Assembly (NCBI GenBank): GCA_963754925.1
Contig: CAVWHX010000003.1
Coordinates: 448,001 to 512,000, forward strand
Reading direction: 5' to 3'
DNA: 64,000 bases
Source: an uncultured delta proteobacterium
GTDB taxonomy: Bacteria > Myxococcota > B64-G9
In this document: in pieces, positions 39,298-49,299 of the stretch
How positions within the stretch are numbered: position 1 is the first letter of the stretch
How the letters are laid out: the number at the start of each line of letters is the position of its first letter
Program-made: the position numbers and the translations under genes
Notes under the pieces: generated by a model
The model's input: the letters and a program-made list of their open reading frames with translations, nothing else
Database searches by the model: none
Told to the model about the DNA's origin: nothing

Positions 39298-40233
39298 ATG
39301 AATGCATTAGTTCAACGGCGCTGTTCGCTAACGGCTCATCAGCTCATCACGGTAAGCCTGCTGGTCGCTGGTTATGTAAACAGTTGCACGTCATCAAAGC
39401 AGACAACGATTACCTTCAATCCGCAACCTCCCGATCCCGTTGAAGTAGCCCGGGTGATCGAGAATGATGCCAAAGCCATCAGCGACTATACTCCCGGCGC
39501 CGCGTCGCAGAATGTGATCCAAGCGCTGGTGAAGCTGAATCTGTTGACGGACATGCGCGTGCAACCAGTAAACGAACAAAACATTGAACAGGCTTTTGAT
39601 GATCTGCGCCGCGCCATTGCCCGCTGCTTGGAGGACGAAGGCAAAGAAAATCTGCAGCGGCTGGGACTATTTCTGCTTGCGCGGTTCGAGCGTGAGCTCG
39701 ACGAGTTGGCAAAAAACACGCGTTCGCTGGGGTTAACCACGAAAAAGATTCTTACCGGCGCGGACGTGGAGGCATCGCTCGAACCGGCTTTGAAAAAGTT
39801 CGTCGAGATCGGGGGAGACTTCCTACCTCTCGCGGTGAACAACAACCTCGTTCGTGATGATCCATCCGGCGGAATCCAGGTGGTTCCGGATACCGCCTTC
39901 TTCATCCGCCTGGCCTTCAAGGTTCGCTGGGCCAATATTTTACCCGAAAAAATTGACCCTATTCCGTTGATGCTTACGGACTTTGAGCGTGAACAGTACG
40001 ATCGATGGGTCGTCGAGCGCTCGAAGACCGCTCCCCTGGCCCGCCGGCTACAGGCTATAACCGATCTTAAAGCGCGCAATCCTTCGTTTCCCGAATCGAA
40101 AGCCAAAGGGATCGTACTATTTCAGGCTGGCTCGTACGACGAAGCCGCGAAGGCCTTCGAAGAGGCCCTCAAACAGAACCCCGGCGATAAAGATGTGGCG
40201 GACTACCTGAACCAAGCTCAACGCAAACGCTGA
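39298..40233 (+). CDS. Exported/lipoprotein-like protein with C-terminal TPR
   Basis: Hydrophobic N-terminus with VNSC; C-terminal GIVLFQAGSYDEAAKAFEEALKQNPGD TPR motif. Confidence 0.75.
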   Translation: MNALVQRRCSLTAHQLITVSLLVAGYVNSCTSSKQTTITFNPQPPDPVEVARVIENDAKAISDYTPGAASQNVIQALVKLNLLTDMRVQPVNEQNIEQAFDDLRRAIARCLEDEGKENLQRLGLFLLARFERELDELAKNTRSLGLTTKKILTGADVEASLEPALKKFVEIGGDFLPLAVNNNLVRDDPSGGIQVVPDTAFFIRLAFKVRWANILPEKIDPIPLMLTDFEREQYDRWVVERSKTAPLARRLQAITDLKARNPSFPESKAKGIVLFQAGSYDEAAKAFEEALKQNPGDKDVADYLNQAQRKR

Positions 40234-40241
40234 AAGCTCTC

Positions 40242-40784
40242 CTATAGACGTTCTACCAGGCTCCGGCTTACCGAAAGCCGCTTCGGATTCATTTCCTGAT
40301 GGGTGCACCATAGGTGGTTTATGGTCGACAGGATTTGGTTAACGGGCGCCAGATCCAATACACACCCACTGGTGAACGTGCGTACCTGCTGAAAGTTCAA
40401 AGGACAAACGCTAAGGCTGGGCTCTTTTCCCGGAAAGGTAATGAGCAGCGGCAGGCCGTGGCTGCGGCAAATCATGGGTCGATTGGCATAAACCAGGCAC
40501 TTTCCCCTCTGATCGAGCAGCGGACAGGGCGCCTCCGAATCATGCAGCGCTCGCCGCGCCCTCTGCAAAACACCCCTCCGAACGTTCTCCGGCAGCTCCT
40601 GCGCGGCGGCTACCAGCAGATCGACTTCCACGGGGAAGAGCGCCAAGTCGCGCTGGCAGCAATCAGAGCAGCCTACCCTACAAGCGAGATTATTTCTCTC
40701 ACGCCGCTTCACTTGACGAAAAAAGCGGTCCATCCGACGCTGAAGTCTATGGTATGCCTGAAGGGGCTCTTTCAATCTCGTCAT
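40242..40784 (-). CDS. YkgJ-family (CxxCxxCC) cysteine-cluster protein
   Basis: CRVGCSDCC; CPLL; CLVYANRPMICR. Confidence 0.88.
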   Translation of the reverse strand: MTRLKEPLQAYHRLQRRMDRFFRQVKRRERNNLACRVGCSDCCQRDLALFPVEVDLLVAAAQELPENVRRGVLQRARRALHDSEAPCPLLDQRGKCLVYANRPMICRSHGLPLLITFPGKEPSLSVCPLNFQQVRTFTSGCVLDLAPVNQILSTINHLWCTHQEMNPKRLSVSRSLVERL

Positions 40785-40936
40785 GCGGCGGCCACCACAT
40801 CGGGCGGTTCGGCAAATACCACCGGCGGTGGAAGCCCAATGGAAACTCCAACACTGACACCCTGCGCATTCACGGATGTGGCGCTGAAAATAAGAAAAAA
40901 TGCGAAAATCACCACCCAGTGCGTGATTGGTCGCAT
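40781..40936 (-). pseudogene. Probable truncated secreted protein (signal peptide plus Pro-rich start only)
   Basis: AGGAGG RBS, signal peptide ending VNA/QGVSVGVSIGLPPPVVFAEPP, then a stop after 51 aa overlapping the ykgJ-like start. Confidence 0.5.
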
Positions 40937-41089
40937 AAACGATTCCTCCTTAACTCTTGACGTCTTTCCCAATTCAATTCCAAAAATTCTTCCTCAACTA
41001 TAGGTTAGAATAACTCTTGAGTCAAAAATCAGGAAGGATTCCAAAGGGCTAGCTTAATCGAGAAGATAACTATACATCAGCTTGATGTT

Positions 41090-41245
41090 TTAACACGTTG
41101 GAAGTGCGGGCGAATTATCTGCAATCATCTCGGCCAGCCCCGAAGACCTGCGAACCGAGGTCTTGATGGCCGTCTGAACCACATCTCCACTACCGCAAAT
41201 GGTCACCCACTGCCGAGCGCGGGTTACCGCCGTATAGAGCAGAAG
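41090..41245 (-). pseudogene. recD: recD-like helicase C-terminal remnant
   Basis: LLYTAVTRARQWVTICG...AIKTSVRRSSGLAEMI matches the RecD motif VI and C-terminal RxSGL; no upstream helicase body. Confidence 0.7.
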
Positions 41246-41328
41246 CAGCCATGGCCGTGTCGCGGTCCTTCTCAGGACAGCTCGCTCGTTTGCATTTGCC
41301 ATGCCCTTTTAAGTGATGGTAGATTTCT

Positions 41329-41368
41329 AAGAAATTCTTGCCCCGCAAGGAGGGGCTTAGAATTTCTT
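41329..41368. other. Inverted-repeat hairpin upstream of the addB-like gene
   Basis: AAGAAATTCT-TGCCCC-GCAA-GGAGGGGCTT-AGAATTTCTT. Confidence 0.55.
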
Positions 41369-41396
41369 ACCCCTTCGGGGATAAGAGGGACAAAGG

Positions 41397-44012
41397 GTGC
41401 GTATTACATTTGACCCCGCATTTGACTTTGGCGCGTGGCCCGGGCCGCTTGGCAACCGCATCGCTTGCATCGATGAAGCGTGGCTTGGCCCCATGGGCTT
41501 GATAGACCGCTGTGAAACAATTTGTGGCCTCGGCGGGAAATATCTCACTGACGATCAACGGGCGGTCGGGCTCATTGGACGGATAAAGAAAGCGGATACA
41601 CTCTTTTCCTCGTCAGCCGAGGTCGACCCGATCGGCACGGCCAAAAAACTGCTTAACTGGCGCGATGCGCTTTGCATGGGCGGATGGGAAGGACAGGGAA
41701 CGTCAACGCGTCTTTCCCAACTCGCTGCAGTGACCAAGGAGGTCTTGCCGGGCGTTCCGGATCGCTTGAAGGCCATCGCGCGCGCACTTGATAAACACAA
41801 GATTGATGAAATGCAGGTGCGGATGGTAAAGCCAATTCAAAAACTGGGTAAAGCTTGGCAGGCGGTGTTCGCGGCTCTTTCAAGGGCCAGTGGGGAGATC
41901 GGAGAAATCGATCTCCCCGACGCCAAAGCAGAGGGCAATCTGGCGCTTTGCCGGGCGGGGGATAGCTTCGTTCCACAGGAGAACGATGATAGCCTTGTGC
42001 TCTATAGGCCGGGAGGCGTCCTCGAGGGCGCCGAAGAGGTCGCGGCCTGGCTGGCCGAAAAGCAGGACCTGTCTTCGATGGTAATCATCGGTGCGGATAC
42101 GGCACTCGATTGGGCGCTGTATCGCCATGGCCTTCCCACTACCGGCGCCAAGGCGCTTGCACAAGACAATGCCTTGTTGTCCATCCTGCCCCTGATCATG
42201 GACCTCGTGTGGGCGCCGCCGGATCCGCAAAAGGCATTCGAGCTTCTCTTGCTGCATGTAAGCCCGGTGCCGCCGTTTCTTGCAAACGCTTTGGCCGGGG
42301 CGCTTCGAGAGTACCCGGCCGTTGACAGCAACCATTGGCGCGGAGCGATCCAGAAATATGTATCCGCGGTGGAAGACAAAAAGGAACGCAAAGGAATCGA
42401 GCAATGGCTGAAGCTCTTGTTTCAGCCGACAGTCGTAAGAAACCAGCGGATAGCGTCCAGCGCGATCGTGGAACGGATCGATCTGCTGGAGAGTTGGCTG
42501 CAAGCGCATCGCGACCCTGCAAAAGGCGACTTCGATTCGTGGGATGCGGCCGTGAAGCAATGCGAAGCCATGCGCGGGCTTTGCAAGACCGCCGGCTTTT
42601 CGGATTTCTCGCAGCGGGAACTGGAGCGTTTGGTGGAAGTGGCCACCGATGCCGTCGGCGAAAAGCCGTGCTTTGAAGCCCAGGTCGGGCTTGCCTCGGT
42701 CAAAATCCCCGGGGCGATCGCCGGCCAGGTAGATACCGTTGTCTGGTGGGGATTTACGCTTTCGAGCTTCTCGGTAGAAGCCCCGCCTCCGCTCAATAGC
42801 GCAGAGCGAAGAGAGCTTTTGAGTGCGGGGGTGGAACTGCAATCGATAGAAGCGCTTGCGGCCCAGGTATCATCGCAATGGCAAAGGCCGTTTTCTCAGG
42901 CGGCACGAGAGCTGATTATGGTCTGCCCCCAAAAGACCGCATCGGGAGAGGAAGAATTTGCGCACCCGGCCTGGGACGAGATCAAGGCTCGCTTGAAAGA
43001 CGATAAGCTCATTTACCTGATCGATCGACAATCCCTCGCGACCGGGAAGCGACACAAGCGGGAATTGCACGCGCTGGTCAAGCCCACCATAAATTACAAA
43101 ATTGGCGAGAACCTGGTCGGGCCGCGCGGAAAACCCGAGTCCGCCACCAGTCTAAGCTCGCTGTTATCCTGTCCGTTCAAGTATGTGGTCGATTACGTTG
43201 CCCATATAAAAAGCGGCAGAGGGGTCGCTCTTAATAAAGTGGACGACCCCTTGTTGCGTGGAAAAGTCGCCCACGACGTCCTGGAAATGCTGCTTCGTGA
43301 GATGAAAAACGGCAAAACATTTACCGCCGAAACCGCTCGCGCGGCGGTAGAAGCCTGGTTCGATAGCACTACGCCTCGCCTGGCCGCGCAGCTTTGGCTG
43401 CCCGGTAACGACGCCGAACGGGCATTCTTGCGAAACACCATTTCCAGAGCGGCAGGAACGCTCACCGACATTCTCAACAAATCGCGCCTTACCGTGCTCA
43501 AGGTGGAGGAGGAAGAAACGGGAGAGGGGTTTGGCGTCGCGCTCTCCGGCAAACCGGACGTGGTGGTGGGCGAGCCCAAGGGCATCGTGGACATCAAGTG
43601 GGGCGACGCCTCCCGCAGGGTCGAGGAGCTGAAAAACGGCGCGGCGGTGCAGCTCGCACTATACAGCAGCCTGGTCCGATCAAGGGGGGCCGACGATTTT
43701 TTACCGGTCGCCTATTTCATCGTATCGCATAACCGGATGCTTTCGTTGGACGGCAAAGGCGCTATTGGCGATGAAGTGATCCGGGGCCCGAGCCTGCAAC
43801 AGACCTGCGAGGCGATGGAAAAGACGCTTGTCGACTCGTGGGCGGCCCTTCGAAAGGGTGAGGTGCGGGCTCCGGGAGTGGAAACGGACGATGACAAACA
43901 GGAAAACCAAGGGCCGGGCCAGATAGACGGAGAAGGGCTCTCGCTCATTTCAAGGTGCAAGTATTGCGATTACGGGGTCCTGTGCGGCCGGATGTTTAGG
44001 GAGGAAGCATGA
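41397..44012 (+). CDS. AddB-like PD-(D/E)XK nuclease with probable 4Fe-4S cluster
   Basis: SCPFKY, GKVAHDVLE, GKPDV..VDIKW, QLALY, CKYCDYGVLC; ATGA-coupled to the helicase. Confidence 0.85.
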   Translation: MRITFDPAFDFGAWPGPLGNRIACIDEAWLGPMGLIDRCETICGLGGKYLTDDQRAVGLIGRIKKADTLFSSSAEVDPIGTAKKLLNWRDALCMGGWEGQGTSTRLSQLAAVTKEVLPGVPDRLKAIARALDKHKIDEMQVRMVKPIQKLGKAWQAVFAALSRASGEIGEIDLPDAKAEGNLALCRAGDSFVPQENDDSLVLYRPGGVLEGAEEVAAWLAEKQDLSSMVIIGADTALDWALYRHGLPTTGAKALAQDNALLSILPLIMDLVWAPPDPQKAFELLLLHVSPVPPFLANALAGALREYPAVDSNHWRGAIQKYVSAVEDKKERKGIEQWLKLLFQPTVVRNQRIASSAIVERIDLLESWLQAHRDPAKGDFDSWDAAVKQCEAMRGLCKTAGFSDFSQRELERLVEVATDAVGEKPCFEAQVGLASVKIPGAIAGQVDTVVWWGFTLSSFSVEAPPPLNSAERRELLSAGVELQSIEALAAQVSSQWQRPFSQAARELIMVCPQKTASGEEEFAHPAWDEIKARLKDDKLIYLIDRQSLATGKRHKRELHALVKPTINYKIGENLVGPRGKPESATSLSSLLSCPFKYVVDYVAHIKSGRGVALNKVDDPLLRGKVAHDVLEMLLREMKNGKTFTAETARAAVEAWFDSTTPRLAAQLWLPGNDAERAFLRNTISRAAGTLTDILNKSRLTVLKVEEEETGEGFGVALSGKPDVVVGEPKGIVDIKWGDASRRVEELKNGAAVQLALYSSLVRSRGADDFLPVAYFIVSHNRMLSLDGKGAIGDEVIRGPSLQQTCEAMEKTLVDSWAALRKGEVRAPGVETDDDKQENQGPGQIDGEGLSLISRCKYCDYGVLCGRMFREEA

Positions 44013-47000
44013 AGCCGCCCACCATTATTTCGGCAAGCGCCGGTACGGGAAAGACCCATCGTTTGGCCACCCAGCTTACGGATAGCGTCGAGAAAGACGG
44101 GATCAACCCGGATGGCGTCGTGGCGACCACGTTCACCAACAAGGCCGCGGCCGAGCTCAAGGAGCGGGTGCGCACTCATTTGCTTAAGGCGGGCAAGAAA
44201 GAAGCGGCCGAGCGGCTGGCCTTTGCCCGGATCGGCACGGTGAACTCCATTTGCGCTCGGTTGCTTTCGGAGTACGCGTTTGAAATGGGCGTATCGCCGG
44301 AGCTTTCCGTGCTTGACGAGGCCCAGTCCGCAATAGCGTTCGACCGCGCGCTGTCCATGGCGCTGGCGCAGGGCGAAGACATCGAGCTCGATAAAATCGG
44401 TTCGCGCATGAAAGGCCTGGATTGGGAAAAGGATATCCGAACCATCGTAGACCTCGCCCGATCGAACGGTATAGGTCCGTCGGAGCTTCAAAAGAGCGTC
44501 ACGCGTAGCATGAAAAGCATACTAACGCTGTTTGGCGCGGGTGATCCGCTGGATTTGGGTATCGACAAAGAACTTCGCAAGGCGCTCGAATGCCTCATTT
44601 CCCAGGCGCGGGCCAAGGCCGAGACCCGAAAAAAGGATCTCAAGGGCGCGGGTGAGGATGTTGGAAGACTCCAAAAAATTGTAGCCATTCTTCGAGCTGA
44701 AGAAAGTCTTGCCTGGAGCGAATGGCTTTGGCTGAGAAAACTAAAAATCGCCGCTGACCTCAAGGAAGAGGTGAAGCCGGTGATAGCCATTGCCGAAAGG
44801 CACGAGCAGCATCCGCGATTGCGCGAGGATTGCCGGAGGGTAATTGAGCTGGTCTTCGAAATCGCGGCGAAGGCAATCGACGCCTACGAGGAATACAAGC
44901 GTGATCACGGACTCATCGACTTTGTCGATCAGGAGGTTCAGGCGCTTACGCTCTTGCGGCGCGGGGATGTTAGAAAAAAGCTTCAAGACGAAATCGACCT
45001 TATCCTGGTCGACGAGTTCCAGGACACCAGTCCCCTGCAGTTGGCGATCTTTCTCTCCCTGACGGATCTCGCCCGTTTCGGCAGTTACTGGGTGGGAGAT
45101 CAAAAACAGGCCATCTTCGGTTTTCGGCAGACGGACCCGGCCTTGATGGACGCGGTCATTGACGGTCTCCTGGAAGGAAAAAAGACCGAAACTTTGAGTG
45201 AATCGCACCGCAGCCGGCCGGAGTTGGTGCGCCTGACCTCGGAGCTCTTTTGGCGGGCCTTCGCGCAGGACCAATTGCCCAAGGAACGGGTGGCGATCGA
45301 GCCGCACGAAAAGGAAGACGACCCGGCGCTTGGCCCAATCATGGAGCAATGGTCTCTCGAAGCCAAAAAGAACGCAGACGACACCTCGGCTATCGCCACC
45401 GGGGTGAGACAACTTCTCCAGCAAAAAGACCAGGTCCTGGTTCGGGACAAACAGCAAAAAAAGCCCCGTCCGGTGCGGCCGTGCGACATCGCCGTCTTGT
45501 GCCGCACGAACGAACAGTGCAAGGCAGTGGCCTCGGCCCTCAAAAGGTTGGCAATCGATGCCGTGGTAGCGAGCGCGGGGCTTCTGACCACACCCGAAGC
45601 TCGATTGGTGCTCGCCGGGTTGCGTTACTGGATCGATCCAAAGGACACGCTCGCGGCGGCCGAACTGCTGCGCCTGACCGACTATGCGGGAGAGCCGGAT
45701 CGATTCTTGGAGAGCATTATCGGAACAGAAGTTGAAACGTTGTACGCGGACGCGCAGATTCTCAAGCGGGTTCGGGAATGTCACGATCGATCGTGCCACT
45801 CGGGCGGTATGGCGATCCTGGAAGAGGTGATGGAGGCGGTGGAGGCGCGCGAATGGTGCTTGCGCTGGGGAAATTCAGCTGCGCGGCTGGCAAACCTGGA
45901 TGCCCTTCGAGAGCATGCTTTCAAGCTGCTCAATAATGAACGCTTCGGCGTAAAAACGCCCGCGGCGCTGCTTGCGGGGCTCGAGGAACTGGCCACGGTG
46001 AAACAGAGATCGCAAGGCCACGAGGCTCGACGAGAATGCCGTGGTGGTCTCCACATGGCACGCGGCAAAGGGCCTCGAATGGCCCATCGTGGTTCTGTAC
46101 GGGCAGAGGCAGCAAAACAACATACACGGGTTCGGGCCGCAGATCTTTTCGGATGTCGCCGGGGTGAAACTCGACGACCCCTTGGCGGGGCGCTGGATCC
46201 GCTATTGGGTCTCGCCGTATGAAAGCAACACGAAGGACTCACCGTTCCATACACGGCTTGCTCAAGATATCCCGACCCAAGAGCTTGCCAAAAAAGACTC
46301 ACGGGAGCAGAGGCGCTTGCTGTACGTCGGCTGGACGCGCGCTCGGGACCGCGTGGTCTTGGTTTCGAGGAAAGGCAAGCTCAACGAGAACATCTTCGGA
46401 CTGCTTTCGGAAAACGGCGTGCCGCTTTTAGAAGAGATCCTGGAAGGCGATGGTATTCGGGAAGCGACGTGGGCGGGAATGAAGGTCCGTGTTCAGGTCC
46501 GCCGATTGAGCCCGACAGATTCGGTCGCGCAGGAAGCAAAGCCCGGCGAGGCTCCGCTGCCCGCGGGCCCCAAGGACCATCCGCGCGCCTGGCTTACGCC
46601 TTCAAAGGACGCTAAACCGGTGCGGGCAAAGATCAGTGAGCCCGTGGTTCTTGGGAATAGACTGAAAATTCCCTCGGGAATGGATATGAATGTCTTTGGC
46701 AACGCCATTCATGGGTTTTTGGCGGCAGATCGTGAAGGTTTGACGGAAGACCAACGGACCACCCTCGCGCAGGGGCTTATCGGGCGCTGGGGGCTTAGCA
46801 CTGAACTCTCTTCCGAGCAATTACTTACGATCAACGCACGGTTTAGGAATTGGGTGGCCGCGAAATGGCCTTTCGCTACCTGGCATCGCGAGATACCGAT
46901 TATGCATCGGTTGGACGGCGGCAGCATCATGCGGGGCAATTGCGATCTCGCGCTTGAAACCCAGGATGGATGGGTAGTCATCGATCACAAGTCATTTCCA

Positions 47001-47189
47001 GGAACCATTGAAGACGCCAAAAAAGAAGCGGAGAACTACGCCTCTCAACTCTTTGCGTATGCCGATGCAATCAAAGCAGCAACCGGAAAGGATGTGCGCG
47101 GATGCTGGGTGCACATGCCGGTGATGGGGATTATCGTGCAATTGTTCGATCCGGCGTCGGCGGATCCGACAATTACAAGTAAAACTTAA
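44009..47189 (+). CDS. AddA-like UvrD helicase-nuclease (apparent +1 frameshift near 46005)
   Basis: SASAGTGKT, TFTNKAAAEL, VDEFQDT, VGDQKQAIFGFR; second ORF STWHAAKGLEW, YVGWTRAR, GNCDL..VIDHKS, QLFAY. Confidence 0.88.
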
Positions 47190-48561
47190 ACTCCATATAG
47201 AAGATATTCGGATAGGTTCCAAATTCACTGGCAAAACCCGACGAAGGGCGTTTGCCGAGGCCGATCATCGCCCCGAACACGAAGTCCACCTCGTCAGCCA
47301 AAGAAAGCGCCAAACCCGGTTGCAGCAAGCTAGAATAATCCGAAAAGGAAAAAATCCACACCAGCGAGCCGGTGAGTATCGGCAGGATCTCGTAGCTGGT
47401 CATTAAGCCGAGCAGGTGCTGTCCGGCATTAAGAGTCTCACCGGCGGAAATCCGAACAAAGGCTGAGTCCAGATGATTCGGGTCTCCCAACCCGTTGAAC
47501 AGATACTCGGTCTCCAGCGTAAGTGTGTTTTGGAAGCGGTGCCCGAGGCCCAGCACGCCGGAGAAATGGCTCCAGCGCATCGTCCCGTTCAGCCCATCAG
47601 GGAGCGGATCGGCGTCGACCACTATGAAATAGGCTGCCTCGCCCCGAACCTCGATCGGCCCCAGCTCCCCGACCGTCCCGGCCCCGATCTGGTAGCCGCC
47701 GTAAACCTTACCGGCCTGCGCCGAAAAATCGAACCCGCCAAGCGTCGTATAGAACCGCGCCAGGAGAGCCGAACCTTCCCAGGAAACACCTTCGGTCGAG
47801 AGGTTAAGGTTTTTCTCATCCACCGAGATGGTTGAACCGAGCACGCCGATCACGTTGAGTCCGGTGAACTGGCCCAACGGAATATTGAGGCGCACGGCGT
47901 CCACGCCGGCCTTGTAATCGCGATCGAACTGACGCGGATCGAAAGGCAGAAAAACGTCCGTGGGGTTCCAGAAATACGCCTTTCCAAATGTAATTGCCTG
48001 GCGGCCTACGATCAGGTCCAGCCACGGGAGAAGGAACGTCACGTTCAATCTATCCAGCCACAGGGTTGCGCCTACATTGGATTCCGAGGCCCAGGTCCAG
48101 CCGGCGCCCCAGGTTCGATACCGGGTGGCGCCACCGCCAGCGCCGAATCCCGGCACAATCGAGTTGCTCCCCGCCACGCTGGCTTGGGTGGTCGCGGTAA
48201 TGCTTTGGACGGCATGCACCTCGTAGTACAACCATGAAAGCGGCTTTTGCTCGGCCGTCAAACGCAGCAGGGTCTGGGAGATGGCGTCGGCGCGATGGTT
48301 ATCGGGGAACAAGATCGGGTTCGGGTAGTTGATGGTAAAAGCGCTGATGGTACGAAAGCTGGCGCCGAGCCCGGCGGCCTCGACCATCCGATTGAAAAGA
48401 CCGGCGGGCTTTTCGCCCGATGCCGAATCTCCGGGCGCTGCGGCCGTGCCACCGGTGTCCGGACTCATCACCGTTGCGTCGGACCCCTCTTGGTTCCCCA
48501 ATGAAGGTTGAGCAGCGCCGATTCCCGCCAGGGTCACCGTTGCTATCAGCATGATTCGCAT
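47173..48561 (-). CDS. Putative outer-membrane beta-barrel protein associated with the ABC system
   Basis: Signal peptide; LDRLNV, VGRQAITFG..FWNPTDVF, GVDAVR; C-terminal aromatic MEFKFYL. Confidence 0.7.
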   Translation of the reverse strand: MRIMLIATVTLAGIGAAQPSLGNQEGSDATVMSPDTGGTAAAPGDSASGEKPAGLFNRMVEAAGLGASFRTISAFTINYPNPILFPDNHRADAISQTLLRLTAEQKPLSWLYYEVHAVQSITATTQASVAGSNSIVPGFGAGGGATRYRTWGAGWTWASESNVGATLWLDRLNVTFLLPWLDLIVGRQAITFGKAYFWNPTDVFLPFDPRQFDRDYKAGVDAVRLNIPLGQFTGLNVIGVLGSTISVDEKNLNLSTEGVSWEGSALLARFYTTLGGFDFSAQAGKVYGGYQIGAGTVGELGPIEVRGEAAYFIVVDADPLPDGLNGTMRWSHFSGVLGLGHRFQNTLTLETEYLFNGLGDPNHLDSAFVRISAGETLNAGQHLLGLMTSYEILPILTGSLVWIFSFSDYSSLLQPGLALSLADEVDFVFGAMIGLGKRPSSGFASEFGTYPNIFYMEFKFYL

Positions 48562-48588
48562 CGGTATGGTCCCTCCGCGGGCGCAAGC

Positions 48589-49296
48589 TTAGGCGATTGC
48601 GCGAAACCCCTCAAAATCCCCGTCATAGGTGATGCGCCCGTCGGTGAGTTGCACCAACCGTTTCGCATGCGACATCACGTGGGCATCGTGGGTGGAAAAC
48701 AGGAAGGTCACGCCCTTTTCCTGGTTGAGCTCCACCATCAAATCGATCAGTCCCTCGGCGGTCTTCGAGTCCAGGTTGGCGGTAGGCTCGTCCGCCAGGA
48801 TCAGTGCGGGCTCGGCCGCCACGGCCCGGGCCACCGCCACCCGCTGCTGCTGCCCGCCGGAGAGCTGGCGCGGAAAGCGCTTCTCCAAGCCCTGCAAACC
48901 GACGCGCTTGAGCAGAGCCATGACCTTTTCCCGGCGCTTTTTGGCCGGAACACCTTGCAGCAAGAGTACGTATTCGGCGTTCTCATAAGCCGTCAGCACC
49001 GGCAGCAGGTTGTAGGCCTGAAAGACAAAACCAATTCTTCGCAATCGCAAGCGGCTCAGGGCAGTGCGGCTCAACGAGGTTATGTCGTGCCCGTCGACTT
49101 CGACGGAGCCTTCGGTCGGACTATCAAGCCCACCGACAATGTTGAGCAGGGTGCTCTTACCCGAACCGGACGGGCCGACCACGGCGACGAAGGAACCGGG
49201 TTGCAGCGTGAGGTTCAGGTCCTGCAGGGCGTGGACCGTGATTTCGCCCTGACCGTAATCCCGGGTAACGTTATGCAGGTGGATAATTGGTTGCAT
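48589..49296 (-). CDS. ABC transporter ATP-binding protein (LolD/MacB-like)
   Basis: GPSGSGKST, IGFVFQAYNL, LSGGQQQRVA, LADEPTANLD, STHD. Confidence 0.96.
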   Translation of the reverse strand: MQPIIHLHNVTRDYGQGEITVHALQDLNLTLQPGSFVAVVGPSGSGKSTLLNIVGGLDSPTEGSVEVDGHDITSLSRTALSRLRLRRIGFVFQAYNLLPVLTAYENAEYVLLLQGVPAKKRREKVMALLKRVGLQGLEKRFPRQLSGGQQQRVAVARAVAAEPALILADEPTANLDSKTAEGLIDLMVELNQEKGVTFLFSTHDAHVMSHAKRLVQLTDGRITYDGDFEGFRAIA

Positions 49297-49299
49297 GGG

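Noticed and set aside
40951..41045. TAACTCTTGA repeated 60 bp apart
   Set aside because: Only two short copies in AT-rich DNA; not a CRISPR array or a supportable operator
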